64,000 bases of DNA from contig CAVWWD010000009.1 in assembly GCA_963758635.1 (NCBI GenBank), positions 101,448 to 165,447 on the forward strand, in the 5' to 3' direction. This DNA is from an uncultured Candidatus Rokubacteria bacterium (lineage in GTDB: Bacteria; Methylomirabilota; Methylomirabilia; Rokubacteriales; CSP1-6). How positions within the stretch are numbered: the first letter of the stretch is position 1; each line of letters opens with the position of its first letter. A program made the translations under genes and the position numbers. The notes under the pieces are model-generated. The model was not told the DNA's origin. It saw nothing but the letters and a program-made list of their open reading frames with translations, and searched no databases. Positions 30,263 to 39,273 of the stretch are shown here, piece by piece.

Positions 30263-31081
30263 TCACCGCGGAGGAGGTGGCGGCGGGCCGCCGATCCACG
30301 TGGATTCGGTGTAGCGGCGCCTCACGCACGCGCCGTAGGCTTCACCGCGTTCATCGCGGCACGGCTGGTGCAGGCTCTCCGCCGCCGAGACACACTGCCA
30401 GGTGAAGGGCGGCAGGGCGGCCACGCACCAGTGCAGGATGCGGCGGTCCGCCACCTGCCCGGAGCCAGGCCCCGCGGCCCGGACCAGCTCCTGAACCGCC
30501 CGGTACACGCGGTCCTCGGGCACCTCGAGGCCCAGCCCGAAGCATGCGATCGTCGCGCCGGGGCGCGCTCGCTGGCCGATCGTCCAGCCTGGAATGGGCG
30601 GCAGACCCCCTTCGATGCGCGCCAGCGCCAGACCCAGGCGCCCGAGCCAGGACGCCGGCGCCAGCGATGGCGGCGCCACGGGCTGGACCCCGGTGGCGCG
30701 CACGGTCAGCTCGAACCCCAGCGCGCGCCAGCCGTATCGCGCCTTCCTGTGGTGCGCGCTCACCGACTCCACGTCGACCCAGCGCACCGCATCGCGCCAG
30801 GGCGCGCACCAGATCGCGTCCGCCGTGACGACGAGGGCGGCGGGCCGCGCCGCGACCGCCGTGAGGCCAAGCGCCGCGATCGTGCCGAAGCATGCGGCAA
30901 GGACCCACACGGCGGCAATGAGGACCCGCTGTCGCCGGCGCCGGTCGGGCCGTGTGGCCCAGTGGAGCCCGAGGGCGACGCCCACGAGGATGACCGCGCC
31001 GGCGATGGAACCGGCCAGCGGAGCAATGGCGCTCCAGCCGGTGCCGATGCGCACCGCCCATGCGGATCCCAGCTCGCCCAA
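30263..31081 (-). CDS. Hypothetical membrane protein
   Basis: Two hydrophobic N-terminal segments, co-oriented within the operon, Cys-containing C-terminus; start uncertain. Confidence 0.5.
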   Translation of the reverse strand: MGELGSAWAVRIGTGWSAIAPLAGSIAGAVILVGVALGLHWATRPDRRRRQRVLIAAVWVLAACFGTIAALGLTAVAARPAALVVTADAIWCAPWRDAVRWVDVESVSAHHRKARYGWRALGFELTVRATGVQPVAPPSLAPASWLGRLGLALARIEGGLPPIPGWTIGQRARPGATIACFGLGLEVPEDRVYRAVQELVRAAGPGSGQVADRRILHWCVAALPPFTWQCVSAAESLHQPCRDERGEAYGACVRRRYTESTWIGGPPPPPPR

Positions 31082-31132
31082 CTCGGCCGCCTCCCCGCGA
31101 CAACGTCCGGCTCGTCCCCGTGCCCGAGACCG

Positions 31133-31786
31133 CTACGTCGACGGCCGCATCGCCGCCCCCGAGCACGCCATCTCGTAGCGGCCCCGGAGGTCGGCTTCGG
31201 ACGCGACGCCCATGCCGAGATCTCGCAGCAGCCCATCGCCGAGCCCGTAGATCCAGCCGTGGACCGCCAGCTCCTGTCCGCGCGCCCAGGCCTCTCGGAC
31301 CACCGTGGTCTCGCACACGTGCACGACCTGCTCGATCACGTTCAGCTCACACAGGCGCTCGTGCCGCTGCTGCTCGCTCGGCAGCCCGGCCAGGTGGCGC
31401 TCGTGCTTGCTCCTCACGTCCTGGACGTGCCGCAGCCAGTTGTCGATCAGCCCCAGATGGTCGTCGCGCAGGGCGGCCAGCACGCCACCGCACCCGTAGT
31501 GCCCGCAGACGATCACATGCCGGACCCGCAGCACGTCCGTCGCGAACTGGAGCGCGGACAGGCAGTTGAGATCCGTGTGGACCACGACGTTGGCGACGTT
31601 CCGATGCACGAACATCTCGCCGGGCACCAATCCGACGATCTGGTTCGCCGGCACGCGGCTGTCGGAGCATCCGATCCACAGGTACTCCGGCGCCTGCTGG
31701 CGCGCCAGGCGCACGAAGAAGTCGGGCTGGCGCCGGACCATCTCCTCCGCCCACGCCCGGTTGTTCGCCAGTAGTCGGCTGATCAC
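31133..31786 (-). CDS. can: Beta-class carbonic anhydrase
   Basis: WIGCSDSRVP, FVHRNVAN, CGHYGCGG, LCELNV, VHGWIY. Confidence 0.95.
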   Translation of the reverse strand: MISRLLANNRAWAEEMVRRQPDFFVRLARQQAPEYLWIGCSDSRVPANQIVGLVPGEMFVHRNVANVVVHTDLNCLSALQFATDVLRVRHVIVCGHYGCGGVLAALRDDHLGLIDNWLRHVQDVRSKHERHLAGLPSEQQRHERLCELNVIEQVVHVCETTVVREAWARGQELAVHGWIYGLGDGLLRDLGMGVASEADLRGRYEMACSGAAMRPST

Positions 31787-31819
31787 TGGCTCGTCGGTCC
31801 CAGATCTCGTGCGTCGCGC

Positions 31820-31899
31820 CTACCTGATGATCGTGTCCGCCCGCGACAGCAACGACGGCGGCATCGTGGCCCGAGAGCCTTGTCGGTCTTGAGATCCAT
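31820..31899 (-). pseudogene. C-terminal remnant of an ABC_sub_bind (PF04392-type) substrate-binding protein
   Basis: With one frame change it reads LKTDKALG-TMPPSLLSRADTIIR*, matching the family tail NLKTAKALGLTIPPSLLxRADxVI. Confidence 0.7.
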
Positions 31900-31922
31900 G
31901 AGTCCCTCTCGTGGGCAGACGG

Positions 31923-33515
31923 CTAGCCGATCCAGGTGTCCTCGAAGCGGAGCTCCAGCGAGCTCAGGGGCACGGACGCCTGGACGTTGGGCTTCATCCA
32001 GTAGCGCTGGATCTCGTTGCTGAAGATGATCAGCGAGCCGTCCTCCTGGAAGAACTTCACCAGGTCCGGGTACATCTTCTTGCGGGCGGCGGGCGCGGTG
32101 GTGGTCCGGAAGGCGTCGAGGCGCCGGTCGGCCTCCTCGGACTTGAAGCCGCAGAAGTTCCACGGCGAGGTCGAGTGCTGGAGCGGGTAGTAGAACATGT
32201 CGGGATCCACGGTCACGCTCCACCACGCCGCGGCCACGTCGAACTTCTTGCCCACGAGCTCCTCGAAGTACTGGCCGGACTCGAGCGGCCGCACCTCGAG
32301 CGTGATGCCGACCTTCTTGAGCTGCTCGCGCAGGATCTCGCCCGTCTTCACCAGCACGGGCACCTGCGACTTCACGAGGTAGGTCAGGGTGAGGCCGCCG
32401 CCCACGCCAGCGTCGGCCAGGAGCTGCTTGGCCTTCGCCAGGTCGGGACCGCCCTTGTGGGCGTTGACCCCGGTGCCCCACACGCTCGGCTCGGGGGTGG
32501 GCTCGGCGGTGACGACGTGGCTGGCGTAGTACACGAGCTTGACGATCTCCTGCCGGTCGAGCGCCCACGCGATCGCCTGGCGGACGCGCTTGTCGTTCAG
32601 CGGGGGCCGGCTCGCGTTCAGCATGAAGAAGAACGGGAAGTACGGGCGGCCCGGCGACGACTTCATGTCCCGCGCCGCCCGCTCGAGCTCGGGGATGCGC
32701 TGGGGCGGCACGGTCTGGATCCAGTTGTAGCGGCCGGTCTGGAGCCCGGTGAGCCGTACGGTATCGTCGGCCGGCGCGTAGAAGATCAGCTTGTCGACGT
32801 ACGGCTTCTTCGGCCGGAAGTACTTGTCCCACCGCTCGAGCGTGACGTGGTCGTCCTTCACCCACTCCACGAACCTGTAGGGCCCGGTGCCGATGGGGAA
32901 GAGCTTCGGGTCCTTGGCGGCGAGCGCCTTCTCGTTCACGACCTCCGTGGCCTGCGCGAGCACGGCGAGCAGCGGGCCGTAGGGGCGGCTCAGGTGGAAG
33001 CGCGCCTGGTACGGGCCGACCGCCTCGACGGCTTCCACCGGCGCGAAGAACACGCGCATGGGCAGCTTGTTCTTCGGGTCGAGGATGCGGCCGAACGTGA
33101 AGGCCACGTCCTTGGCCGTGAAGGGCTCGCCGTTGTGGAACACGGCGTTGTCGACCAGGTCGAAGAGCCAGCTCTTCTCGTTCTCCTGCTTCCAGGACTT
33201 CGCGAGCCCGGGGACGAACTGGCCGGCCTCGTCCACGTAGACCAGCTTGTTGTAGACGTTCTGGTAGACCTGCAGCGACGAATAGAGCTGCGCGAAGCCG
33301 GGATCCATGTTGACGGGCTTGTCCACGGTGGCGATGCGAAGCGTGCCCCCGCTCTTCGGCTGACCCTGCGCGAGCGCGGCCCGCGCGGAGATGCCGCCGA
33401 GGACCGTGCCGAGCCCCGTCCCTGCCCCCGCGGCGATGCCGCCGGCGCGGGAGAGCCACTGCCGTCGCGTCAGGCCCTGCGGCCGGTCGCTGTTTCCGCC
33501 GTGTCCGTCGATCAT
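31923..33515 (-). CDS. Peptide/nickel ABC substrate-binding protein (family 5), Tat signal
   Basis: LTRRQWL Tat motif, GLAKSW, FHNGEPFTAKDV, PIGTGPY. Confidence 0.93.
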   Translation of the reverse strand: MIDGHGGNSDRPQGLTRRQWLSRAGGIAAGAGTGLGTVLGGISARAALAQGQPKSGGTLRIATVDKPVNMDPGFAQLYSSLQVYQNVYNKLVYVDEAGQFVPGLAKSWKQENEKSWLFDLVDNAVFHNGEPFTAKDVAFTFGRILDPKNKLPMRVFFAPVEAVEAVGPYQARFHLSRPYGPLLAVLAQATEVVNEKALAAKDPKLFPIGTGPYRFVEWVKDDHVTLERWDKYFRPKKPYVDKLIFYAPADDTVRLTGLQTGRYNWIQTVPPQRIPELERAARDMKSSPGRPYFPFFFMLNASRPPLNDKRVRQAIAWALDRQEIVKLVYYASHVVTAEPTPEPSVWGTGVNAHKGGPDLAKAKQLLADAGVGGGLTLTYLVKSQVPVLVKTGEILREQLKKVGITLEVRPLESGQYFEELVGKKFDVAAAWWSVTVDPDMFYYPLQHSTSPWNFCGFKSEEADRRLDAFRTTTAPAARKKMYPDLVKFFQEDGSLIIFSNEIQRYWMKPNVQASVPLSSLELRFEDTWIG

Positions 33516-34699
33516 GGGTCGCTCCTTCCCGGGGGTCCGTCTTGGATCGTGCCGTCCTTCATGACCAGGCTCACCCGGCGCAGGGCCGTGATGTCGGCCA
33601 GCGGGTCGCCGTCCACCGCGATCAGGTCCGCGCGCTTGCCGGGCGTGAGGGTGCCCACCTCGGCGTCGATCCGGCACGCCTCGGCGCCCCAGCGCGTGCC
33701 CGCGAGCAGCGCGTCCCGCCGCGAGACGCCGAAGCGCACGAGCGTCTCCAGCTCGAAGTGCATCAGCCCGTGCATGCTGTCGGTGCCCGCGGCGAACCGG
33801 AGGCCCGACGCGAGGTGCCGCGGAAAGCGCGATTCCACCTCGCGGCGGGCCCAGCGGACCTTGTCCATGATCGCGGGCTGCCGGCCGTCGCCCTGCTCGA
33901 TGCCCGTGGGGTGCATGAAGATCGAGAACGTGCAGACGAGCCAGGCGCCGCGCTCGATCATGAGCGCCACGTCCTCGTCCGACATGAGGGCGCCGTGCTC
34001 GATCGTGGACACGCCCTCCTCCACGGAGAGGCGGAGCCCGAGCCCGCCGTGGGCGTGGGCGGCGGCGTACGAGCCGACGCGCTCGGCCTCCTCCACGGCG
34101 GCGCGGATCTCCTCGCGGTTGTAGACGCTCGCCTTGAGGCTCGTGTTGGTGGAGCTCACGCCGCCGGTGGCGAAGATCTTCACGTGGTCGGCGCCGTGCT
34201 GGAAGTTCTCGCGGACGCCACGCCGGATCTCGTCCACGCCGTCGAACGAGGAGTTGGCGCGGCCGTGGCCGTTGCTCGCGGTGATCCCGCGCGTGGCCAC
34301 GAGGAGGCGCGGGCCGGGGATGACGCCGGCCTCGATGGCGTCGCGCACGTCCACGTCGAGGAAGCTCTCCTCGGCCATGACGCGCATGGTGGTGGTGCCG
34401 GCGGCGAGGTCTCGGCGCAGGTTGGCGGTGGCGCGGAGGGCCTGGGGCACGGGGCGCTGCCGGAGCTGGCCGATCTGGTCGCCCATGCCGGGCACGATCG
34501 AGATGTGGCTGTGCGCGTCGACGAGCCCGGGCATCACGAACCGCCCGGAGAGGTCCACCACGGTGGCGCCCGCGGGCACGGGTGTCGTCGCCGCCGGCCC
34601 CGCGGCCTGGATGCGGCCGTCATCCACCACCACCACCGCGTCGCGGACGGGATCGGCCCCGGTGCCGTCGAAGAGGGTGCCGCAGCGGACGGCCTGCAC
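33512..34699 (-). CDS. Metal-dependent amidohydrolase (prolidase/HutI-like)
   Basis: PGLVDAHSH, GADHVKIFATGG, AAHAHG, IEHG, GTDS, GKRADL. Confidence 0.9.
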   Translation of the reverse strand: MQAVRCGTLFDGTGADPVRDAVVVVDDGRIQAAGPAATTPVPAGATVVDLSGRFVMPGLVDAHSHISIVPGMGDQIGQLRQRPVPQALRATANLRRDLAAGTTTMRVMAEESFLDVDVRDAIEAGVIPGPRLLVATRGITASNGHGRANSSFDGVDEIRRGVRENFQHGADHVKIFATGGVSSTNTSLKASVYNREEIRAAVEEAERVGSYAAAHAHGGLGLRLSVEEGVSTIEHGALMSDEDVALMIERGAWLVCTFSIFMHPTGIEQGDGRQPAIMDKVRWARREVESRFPRHLASGLRFAAGTDSMHGLMHFELETLVRFGVSRRDALLAGTRWGAEACRIDAEVGTLTPGKRADLIAVDGDPLADITALRRVSLVMKDGTIQDGPPGRSDP

Positions 34700-34714
34700 G
34701 TCACTGGTCTCCCG

Positions 34715-36403
34715 TCACCCGGCCACCGTGACCCCGTAGTCGCGCCGCGCGGCCTCCGGGGACACGTAGCCCTCGGCCACGTCGCGGCGCACCGCCTCGG
34801 GGTCGCGCTCCGCCGGCGGCCCGTAGCCGCCCCCGCCGCCCGTCATGATGCGCACGCGCTCGCCCGCGGCGATGGCATGGCGCGTGGCCTTGCGCACCTG
34901 CCGCACGCTCCCGTCCGGCGACACGATGTCCACGCCGTTCACCGCGCCGTCCTTCCCGCCGCGGAGGCCCCAGGGCGGCGTCACCTTCCGCTCGAGGCTG
35001 AACGTGATGTAGGCGGGCGCCAGGAGCTCGTACTCGCGCTCGATCCCGAGCCCCCCGCGGTGGCGGCCCGCGCCGCCCGAGTCGGCGCGCAGCCCGTAGC
35101 GCAGGATGCGCATCGAGCCCACGCGCGACTCGACCACCTCCACCGGGTTGTTCCGGGCCGTGGAGCCCGCGAAGATGATCAGCGCGGAGTCGCCGTCCCA
35201 CGCGGGGCGGCCGCCGGAGCCGCCGGCGTTCAGGTCGCCCTGGATGAAGAGCCGGCCCGTGTCCGGATGCGTGCCGAAGGCGATCGTCGGCATCTGGTCG
35301 CCGTACGAGCCGGCGGGGATGCGATCGGGCATGGCCTCGGAGAGGGCGCGGAGGCCGAGGTCGATCAGCAGGTTGATCGGCACGTAGTAGCGCGCGGTCG
35401 GCGCGGGCTCCTCGGCGGCGAGCACGGACCGCGGCGGGATCACCACGGTGAGCGGCCGGAAGCAGCCCTCGTCCACGGGGTCCATGGGCGTGGTCAGGCA
35501 CTTGATGAGGAACCGGCACGCGCTGATCGTGATGGCGTCGCCGCAGTTGAACGGCCCCGTCACCTGCGGGCTCGAGCCGGTGAAGTCGACCGTCATCGCC
35601 CCGTCGCCCACGGTGACCGCCATCTCCACGCGTACCGGCCGGTCGAGGTCGATGCCGTCGTTGTCGAAGTGCGCCACCGCGCGGTACGTGCCGGCGGGGA
35701 TGGCGGACAGCGCGGCGCGCGTGCGACGCTCCGACTGCTCCAGGTACGTCCGCGTGGCCTCGGCCAGCGTGTCGCGCCCGTACTTGCCCAGGACCTCGTG
35801 GAAGTACGCTTCGCCGGCCCGGCACACCGCCACCATCGCCTGAATGTCCTTCAGCGTGCCGCTCTCCGTGCGGATGTTGCCCTCGATGATCCGCATCACC
35901 TCGTCGTTGATCTCGCCGCGGCGGTAGAGACGCACCGACCGGAACCGCAGCCCCTCCTGCCGGAACTCCGTGGAGCTCACCTGCATCGAGCTCGGGACCG
36001 GCCCGCCCACGTCGCTCCAGTGCGCCTTCACGGACACGAAGCCCGTGAGCTGCCCTTCCCAGAACACCGGCGCGAACATGGCCACGTCGTTCAGGTGGTT
36101 GCCGTTGCCGGTGTACGGATCGTTGTGGATGAAGATGTCGCCGTCCGCGAACGCCCCGAGGCCGCGCGCGGCGATGGTGGCCTGGATGGGGAACCCCAGG
36201 TGCCCCTGGAACACGGGCAGTCCGATGCCCTGCGCGATCATCTGCACGTCGGCGTCGAAGATCGCGCACCCGAAGTCCAGGCTCTCGCTGATGATGTGGT
36301 TGTACGCGGTCTTGATCATCGTGATCCGCATCCGCTCCGCCGCCGCGTTCAGCGCGGCGCGGACCACTTCCACGGTGATCGCGTCCACCGGCACGTTACC
36401 CAT
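34715..36403 (-). CDS. Hydantoinase B/oxoprolinase family protein
   Basis: NDPYTGNGNHLND, AHWSDVGG, DFTGSSPQ, DSGGAGRHRGG, GGGGYG. Confidence 0.93.
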   Translation of the reverse strand: MGNVPVDAITVEVVRAALNAAAERMRITMIKTAYNHIISESLDFGCAIFDADVQMIAQGIGLPVFQGHLGFPIQATIAARGLGAFADGDIFIHNDPYTGNGNHLNDVAMFAPVFWEGQLTGFVSVKAHWSDVGGPVPSSMQVSSTEFRQEGLRFRSVRLYRRGEINDEVMRIIEGNIRTESGTLKDIQAMVAVCRAGEAYFHEVLGKYGRDTLAEATRTYLEQSERRTRAALSAIPAGTYRAVAHFDNDGIDLDRPVRVEMAVTVGDGAMTVDFTGSSPQVTGPFNCGDAITISACRFLIKCLTTPMDPVDEGCFRPLTVVIPPRSVLAAEEPAPTARYYVPINLLIDLGLRALSEAMPDRIPAGSYGDQMPTIAFGTHPDTGRLFIQGDLNAGGSGGRPAWDGDSALIIFAGSTARNNPVEVVESRVGSMRILRYGLRADSGGAGRHRGGLGIEREYELLAPAYITFSLERKVTPPWGLRGGKDGAVNGVDIVSPDGSVRQVRKATRHAIAAGERVRIMTGGGGGYGPPAERDPEAVRRDVAEGYVSPEAARRDYGVTVAG

Positions 36404-36526
36404 CAGCGCTCCTTTCGCGCGTCCCTTCACGGTGAACTCGCCTCATTCGCCGATGACCTCCTGGCATCTGTCGGGCCCGGGCTCGATCAGCCTGCTCACC
36501 ACTTCCATACTTCTTGCCAGCGGAGC

Positions 36527-36754
36527 CTATGACGCCCGACGTAGCTTCCTCCCGAGTGCGGCAGGGACCTCAATGGACTCGAAATAGGATGCTGGGAAGA
36601 GATAGTCTTCGCCTGATTCGTCGATGATCCGCACGTAGCCATGGCCTTCAGCCTTGGGATCCGGCAATCGCTGATAGATCTTCCGCACCTCGAGCGACGC
36701 CTCGTGGTCTTCGTTGGAGAGGCATACGACGAAATGGGTCGTTCGCCGACTCAT
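36527..36754 (-). CDS. Small hypothetical protein (candidate antitoxin/immunity)
   Basis: 75 aa, SLEVRKIY...RIIDESGEDYLFP; ATGA overlap with upstream ORF; lower GC3. Confidence 0.7.
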   Translation of the reverse strand: MSRRTTHFVVCLSNEDHEASLEVRKIYQRLPDPKAEGHGYVRIIDESGEDYLFPASYFESIEVPAALGRKLRRAS

Positions 36755-36990
36755 AGTTCTTTCAGAATCTCCTTGATCCTCACGTCACGTTTCCCGATGC
36801 CGTGCGCCTCGTACCAGTGCAACTCGACAATTGCGTGGGTCCCGTCTTCCAGCCGTACGTGCGCACGTCCCTTCCGCTTGCGCCATCGACCGCGCCCGAA
36901 CGCCCTGCGAAGCCGACTGATCTCTCGGATCGCCGCACCGACCGCGATTGTCTCGGCGTGTCCAATCGGGCCGATGATCTCGAAGCGCAT
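36751..36990 (-). CDS. Small basic hypothetical protein (candidate toxin)
   Basis: 79 aa, ETIAVG..IRE..RL...FGRGRWRKRKG, ELHWYEAHGIGK; RBS ACAGGA. Confidence 0.7.
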   Translation of the reverse strand: MRFEIIGPIGHAETIAVGAAIREISRLRRAFGRGRWRKRKGRAHVRLEDGTHAIVELHWYEAHGIGKRDVRIKEILKEL

Positions 36991-37100
36991 TCCTGTCTAT
37001 GGAAGCATCCTGTGGTCATCCACTTCAAGCCGCCGCACGGCGCGCAGTCTCAGCCGCCGCCGCGAGCCCCTACCGGCTTTCCGCCGGCTCGGCGAGCTCC

Positions 37101-39137
37101 TCACCGGACCCCGCGCGCCACGTCGATCACGAGGCAGCCGTGGTCCTCGACGCGGAGCACGTCCCCCGGCTCGATGATCGTGGTCGTGCCCGCCTCCTCG
37201 ACCGCGGCGGGGCCCTCGATCACGTCGCCCGCGCGGAGAGCGTCGCGTGAAACCACCCGGAACTCCAGCATGTCCTGGAGGAGCGTGGAGTAGATCTTGC
37301 GCGTCTCGAACATCGGAGGCCGTCCCGTTCCGCGCGCGAGGGCGGGCAGGCGCGGCCGCTCCAGCGGGAACATCACGGTGAGCCGGAGGTTCAGGAGCTG
37401 CACCTCCGACTCGGGCACCGAGTAGCCGTACGCGCGTTCATGCGCGGTGTCGAAGCGGCCACGGAGAGCGGACCATTCGCCGGGGCCGGCCAACTCCACC
37501 GTCACCGTGTGCTCCTGGCCCAGGTAGCGCAGATCCGCGGCCCGGCGCATGACGGGCGCGCCCACCGGAGGCAGGATCGCCTCGATCTCGCGCTGCATCT
37601 CGCCGTAGCGCGCCTCGGCCCACGCGGCGTCCGTCGAGCCGATGGGCTCCAGCACCGTGCGGACGAGGTCGTGTCGGAGATCCGTCGCCAGCATGCCCCA
37701 CGCGGAGAACGTCGACGGCGAGGGCGGGATCACCACGCGCGGGATGCCCAGCTCGCGCGCGATGGCCACCGCGTGGAGCGGGCCGCCGCCGCCGTACGCC
37801 ACCAGGGCGTGATCCCGCGGATCGAGGCCGCGCTCCGTCGTGATGCTGCGCACGGCGAGCGCCATCTTCACGTCGGCGAGCCGGACCACGCCGGCCGCCG
37901 CGGTGGCCCGGGCCAGCCCGAGCGGCACACCCAGGTGCTCGTCGATCGCGCGCGCCGCCGCGGCGGCGTCGAGCGGCATCGTGCCGCCGAGGAAGCGGCC
38001 CGCATCGATCCGCCCGAGCGTCACGTTGGCGTCGGTCACCGTGGGCTCGCGGCCGCCGTGGCCGTAGCACACCGGCCCGGGGTCGGCGCCCGCGCTCTGC
38101 GGGCCCAGGGCCAGCGCCCCGCCCGGGTCGATCCACGCGATGGTGCCGCCGCCCGCGCTCACCTCCTTGATGTCGATCACGGGGATGCGGAGCGGCCGGC
38201 CGTCCACGTGGTACTCGTCGGTGGTCTGGACCAGCCCGCGCTCGACCACCGCGCACTTGGCCGTGGTCCCGCCCATGTCGAAGGAGATGAGCCGCGCTCC
38301 CGCCCATTCGCCGCCCAGGATGCGGGCGAGGCTGGCGCAGCCGGTGGCGCCCGCCGCGGGGCCGGACTCGATCGTGTGCACGGGCTTCGAGCGCGCCGCC
38401 TCGATCGAGAACGCGCCGCCGTTGGACTGCGTGATGAGGAGCTGACCGCCGAAGCCGCGCCCGGCCAGGCCGCGCCCGAAGTCGCCCAGGTAGCGGTCGA
38501 GCGTGGGCTGGATGTACGCGTTCACCACGGTGGTGCTCGTCCGCTCGTACTCGCGCCACTCCTGCGTGATCCGGTGCGATGCCGACACCGACACGCCGGG
38601 GAGCGTGGCGGCCACGATCTCCGCCGCGCGCTGCTCGTGCGCGGGCGACCGGTACGAGTACAGGAACACGACGGCGACCGACTCGACCCCGTCGCGGCCG
38701 AGGCGCTCCGCCGCGTCGCGCACCGCCGCCTCGTCGAGGGGCACCAGGACCGCGCCCTTCGCGTCGAGCCGCTCCGGCACCTCCAGGCAGCGCCCGCGGG
38801 GCACCAGCGGCGTGGGCCGCCGGTAGATCACGTCGTACATGCGGAGGAAGTTGCCCCGGCCGATCTCGAGGACGTCGCGAAACCCCGCCGTGGTGATGAG
38901 CCCGGTGCGCGCGCCCTTCTGCTCCAGCAGCGCGTTGATCGCGATCGTCGTGCCGTGGATGAGGAGCCGGCAGTCCGACAGCCGGACGCCGGTCTGGTCC
39001 ACGCAGCGCAGCACGCCGTCCAGGAGGTCCCGCGGTGTGCTCAGCGCCTTGGTGTTCACCACGGCGCCGGTCGTCTCGTCGAGGGCGACCAGGTCGGTGA
39101 ACGTGCCGCCGATATCGACGCCGATGCGCAGTGTCAT
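37101..39137 (-). CDS. Hydantoinase A/oxoprolinase family protein
   Basis: GVDIGGTFTD, HGTT, REYERTSTT, ESGPAAG, DMGGTT, SAGADPGP. Confidence 0.93.
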   Translation of the reverse strand: MTLRIGVDIGGTFTDLVALDETTGAVVNTKALSTPRDLLDGVLRCVDQTGVRLSDCRLLIHGTTIAINALLEQKGARTGLITTAGFRDVLEIGRGNFLRMYDVIYRRPTPLVPRGRCLEVPERLDAKGAVLVPLDEAAVRDAAERLGRDGVESVAVVFLYSYRSPAHEQRAAEIVAATLPGVSVSASHRITQEWREYERTSTTVVNAYIQPTLDRYLGDFGRGLAGRGFGGQLLITQSNGGAFSIEAARSKPVHTIESGPAAGATGCASLARILGGEWAGARLISFDMGGTTAKCAVVERGLVQTTDEYHVDGRPLRIPVIDIKEVSAGGGTIAWIDPGGALALGPQSAGADPGPVCYGHGGREPTVTDANVTLGRIDAGRFLGGTMPLDAAAAARAIDEHLGVPLGLARATAAAGVVRLADVKMALAVRSITTERGLDPRDHALVAYGGGGPLHAVAIARELGIPRVVIPPSPSTFSAWGMLATDLRHDLVRTVLEPIGSTDAAWAEARYGEMQREIEAILPPVGAPVMRRAADLRYLGQEHTVTVELAGPGEWSALRGRFDTAHERAYGYSVPESEVQLLNLRLTVMFPLERPRLPALARGTGRPPMFETRKIYSTLLQDMLEFRVVSRDALRAGDVIEGPAAVEEAGTTTIIEPGDVLRVEDHGCLVIDVARGVR

Positions 39138-39215
39138 GGGAATGGGCGGAGTATAGCGGCTCCCTCTCTTCCGTGGCGAGAGGCGCGGTCAGTCGTGGGG
39201 AGATCGCGCGACCGA

Positions 39216-39250
39216 CCCTCACCCCGGCCCTCTCCCTGGGAGGGAGAGGG
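39216..39250. repeat. Single REP/BoxC-like hairpin repeat
   Basis: CCCTCACCCCGGCCCTCTCCC-TGGGA-GGGAGAGGG, same family as 24580-24615. Confidence 0.75.
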
Positions 39251-39273
39251 GGCAGGGGGAGGGAGGGCCGCGG

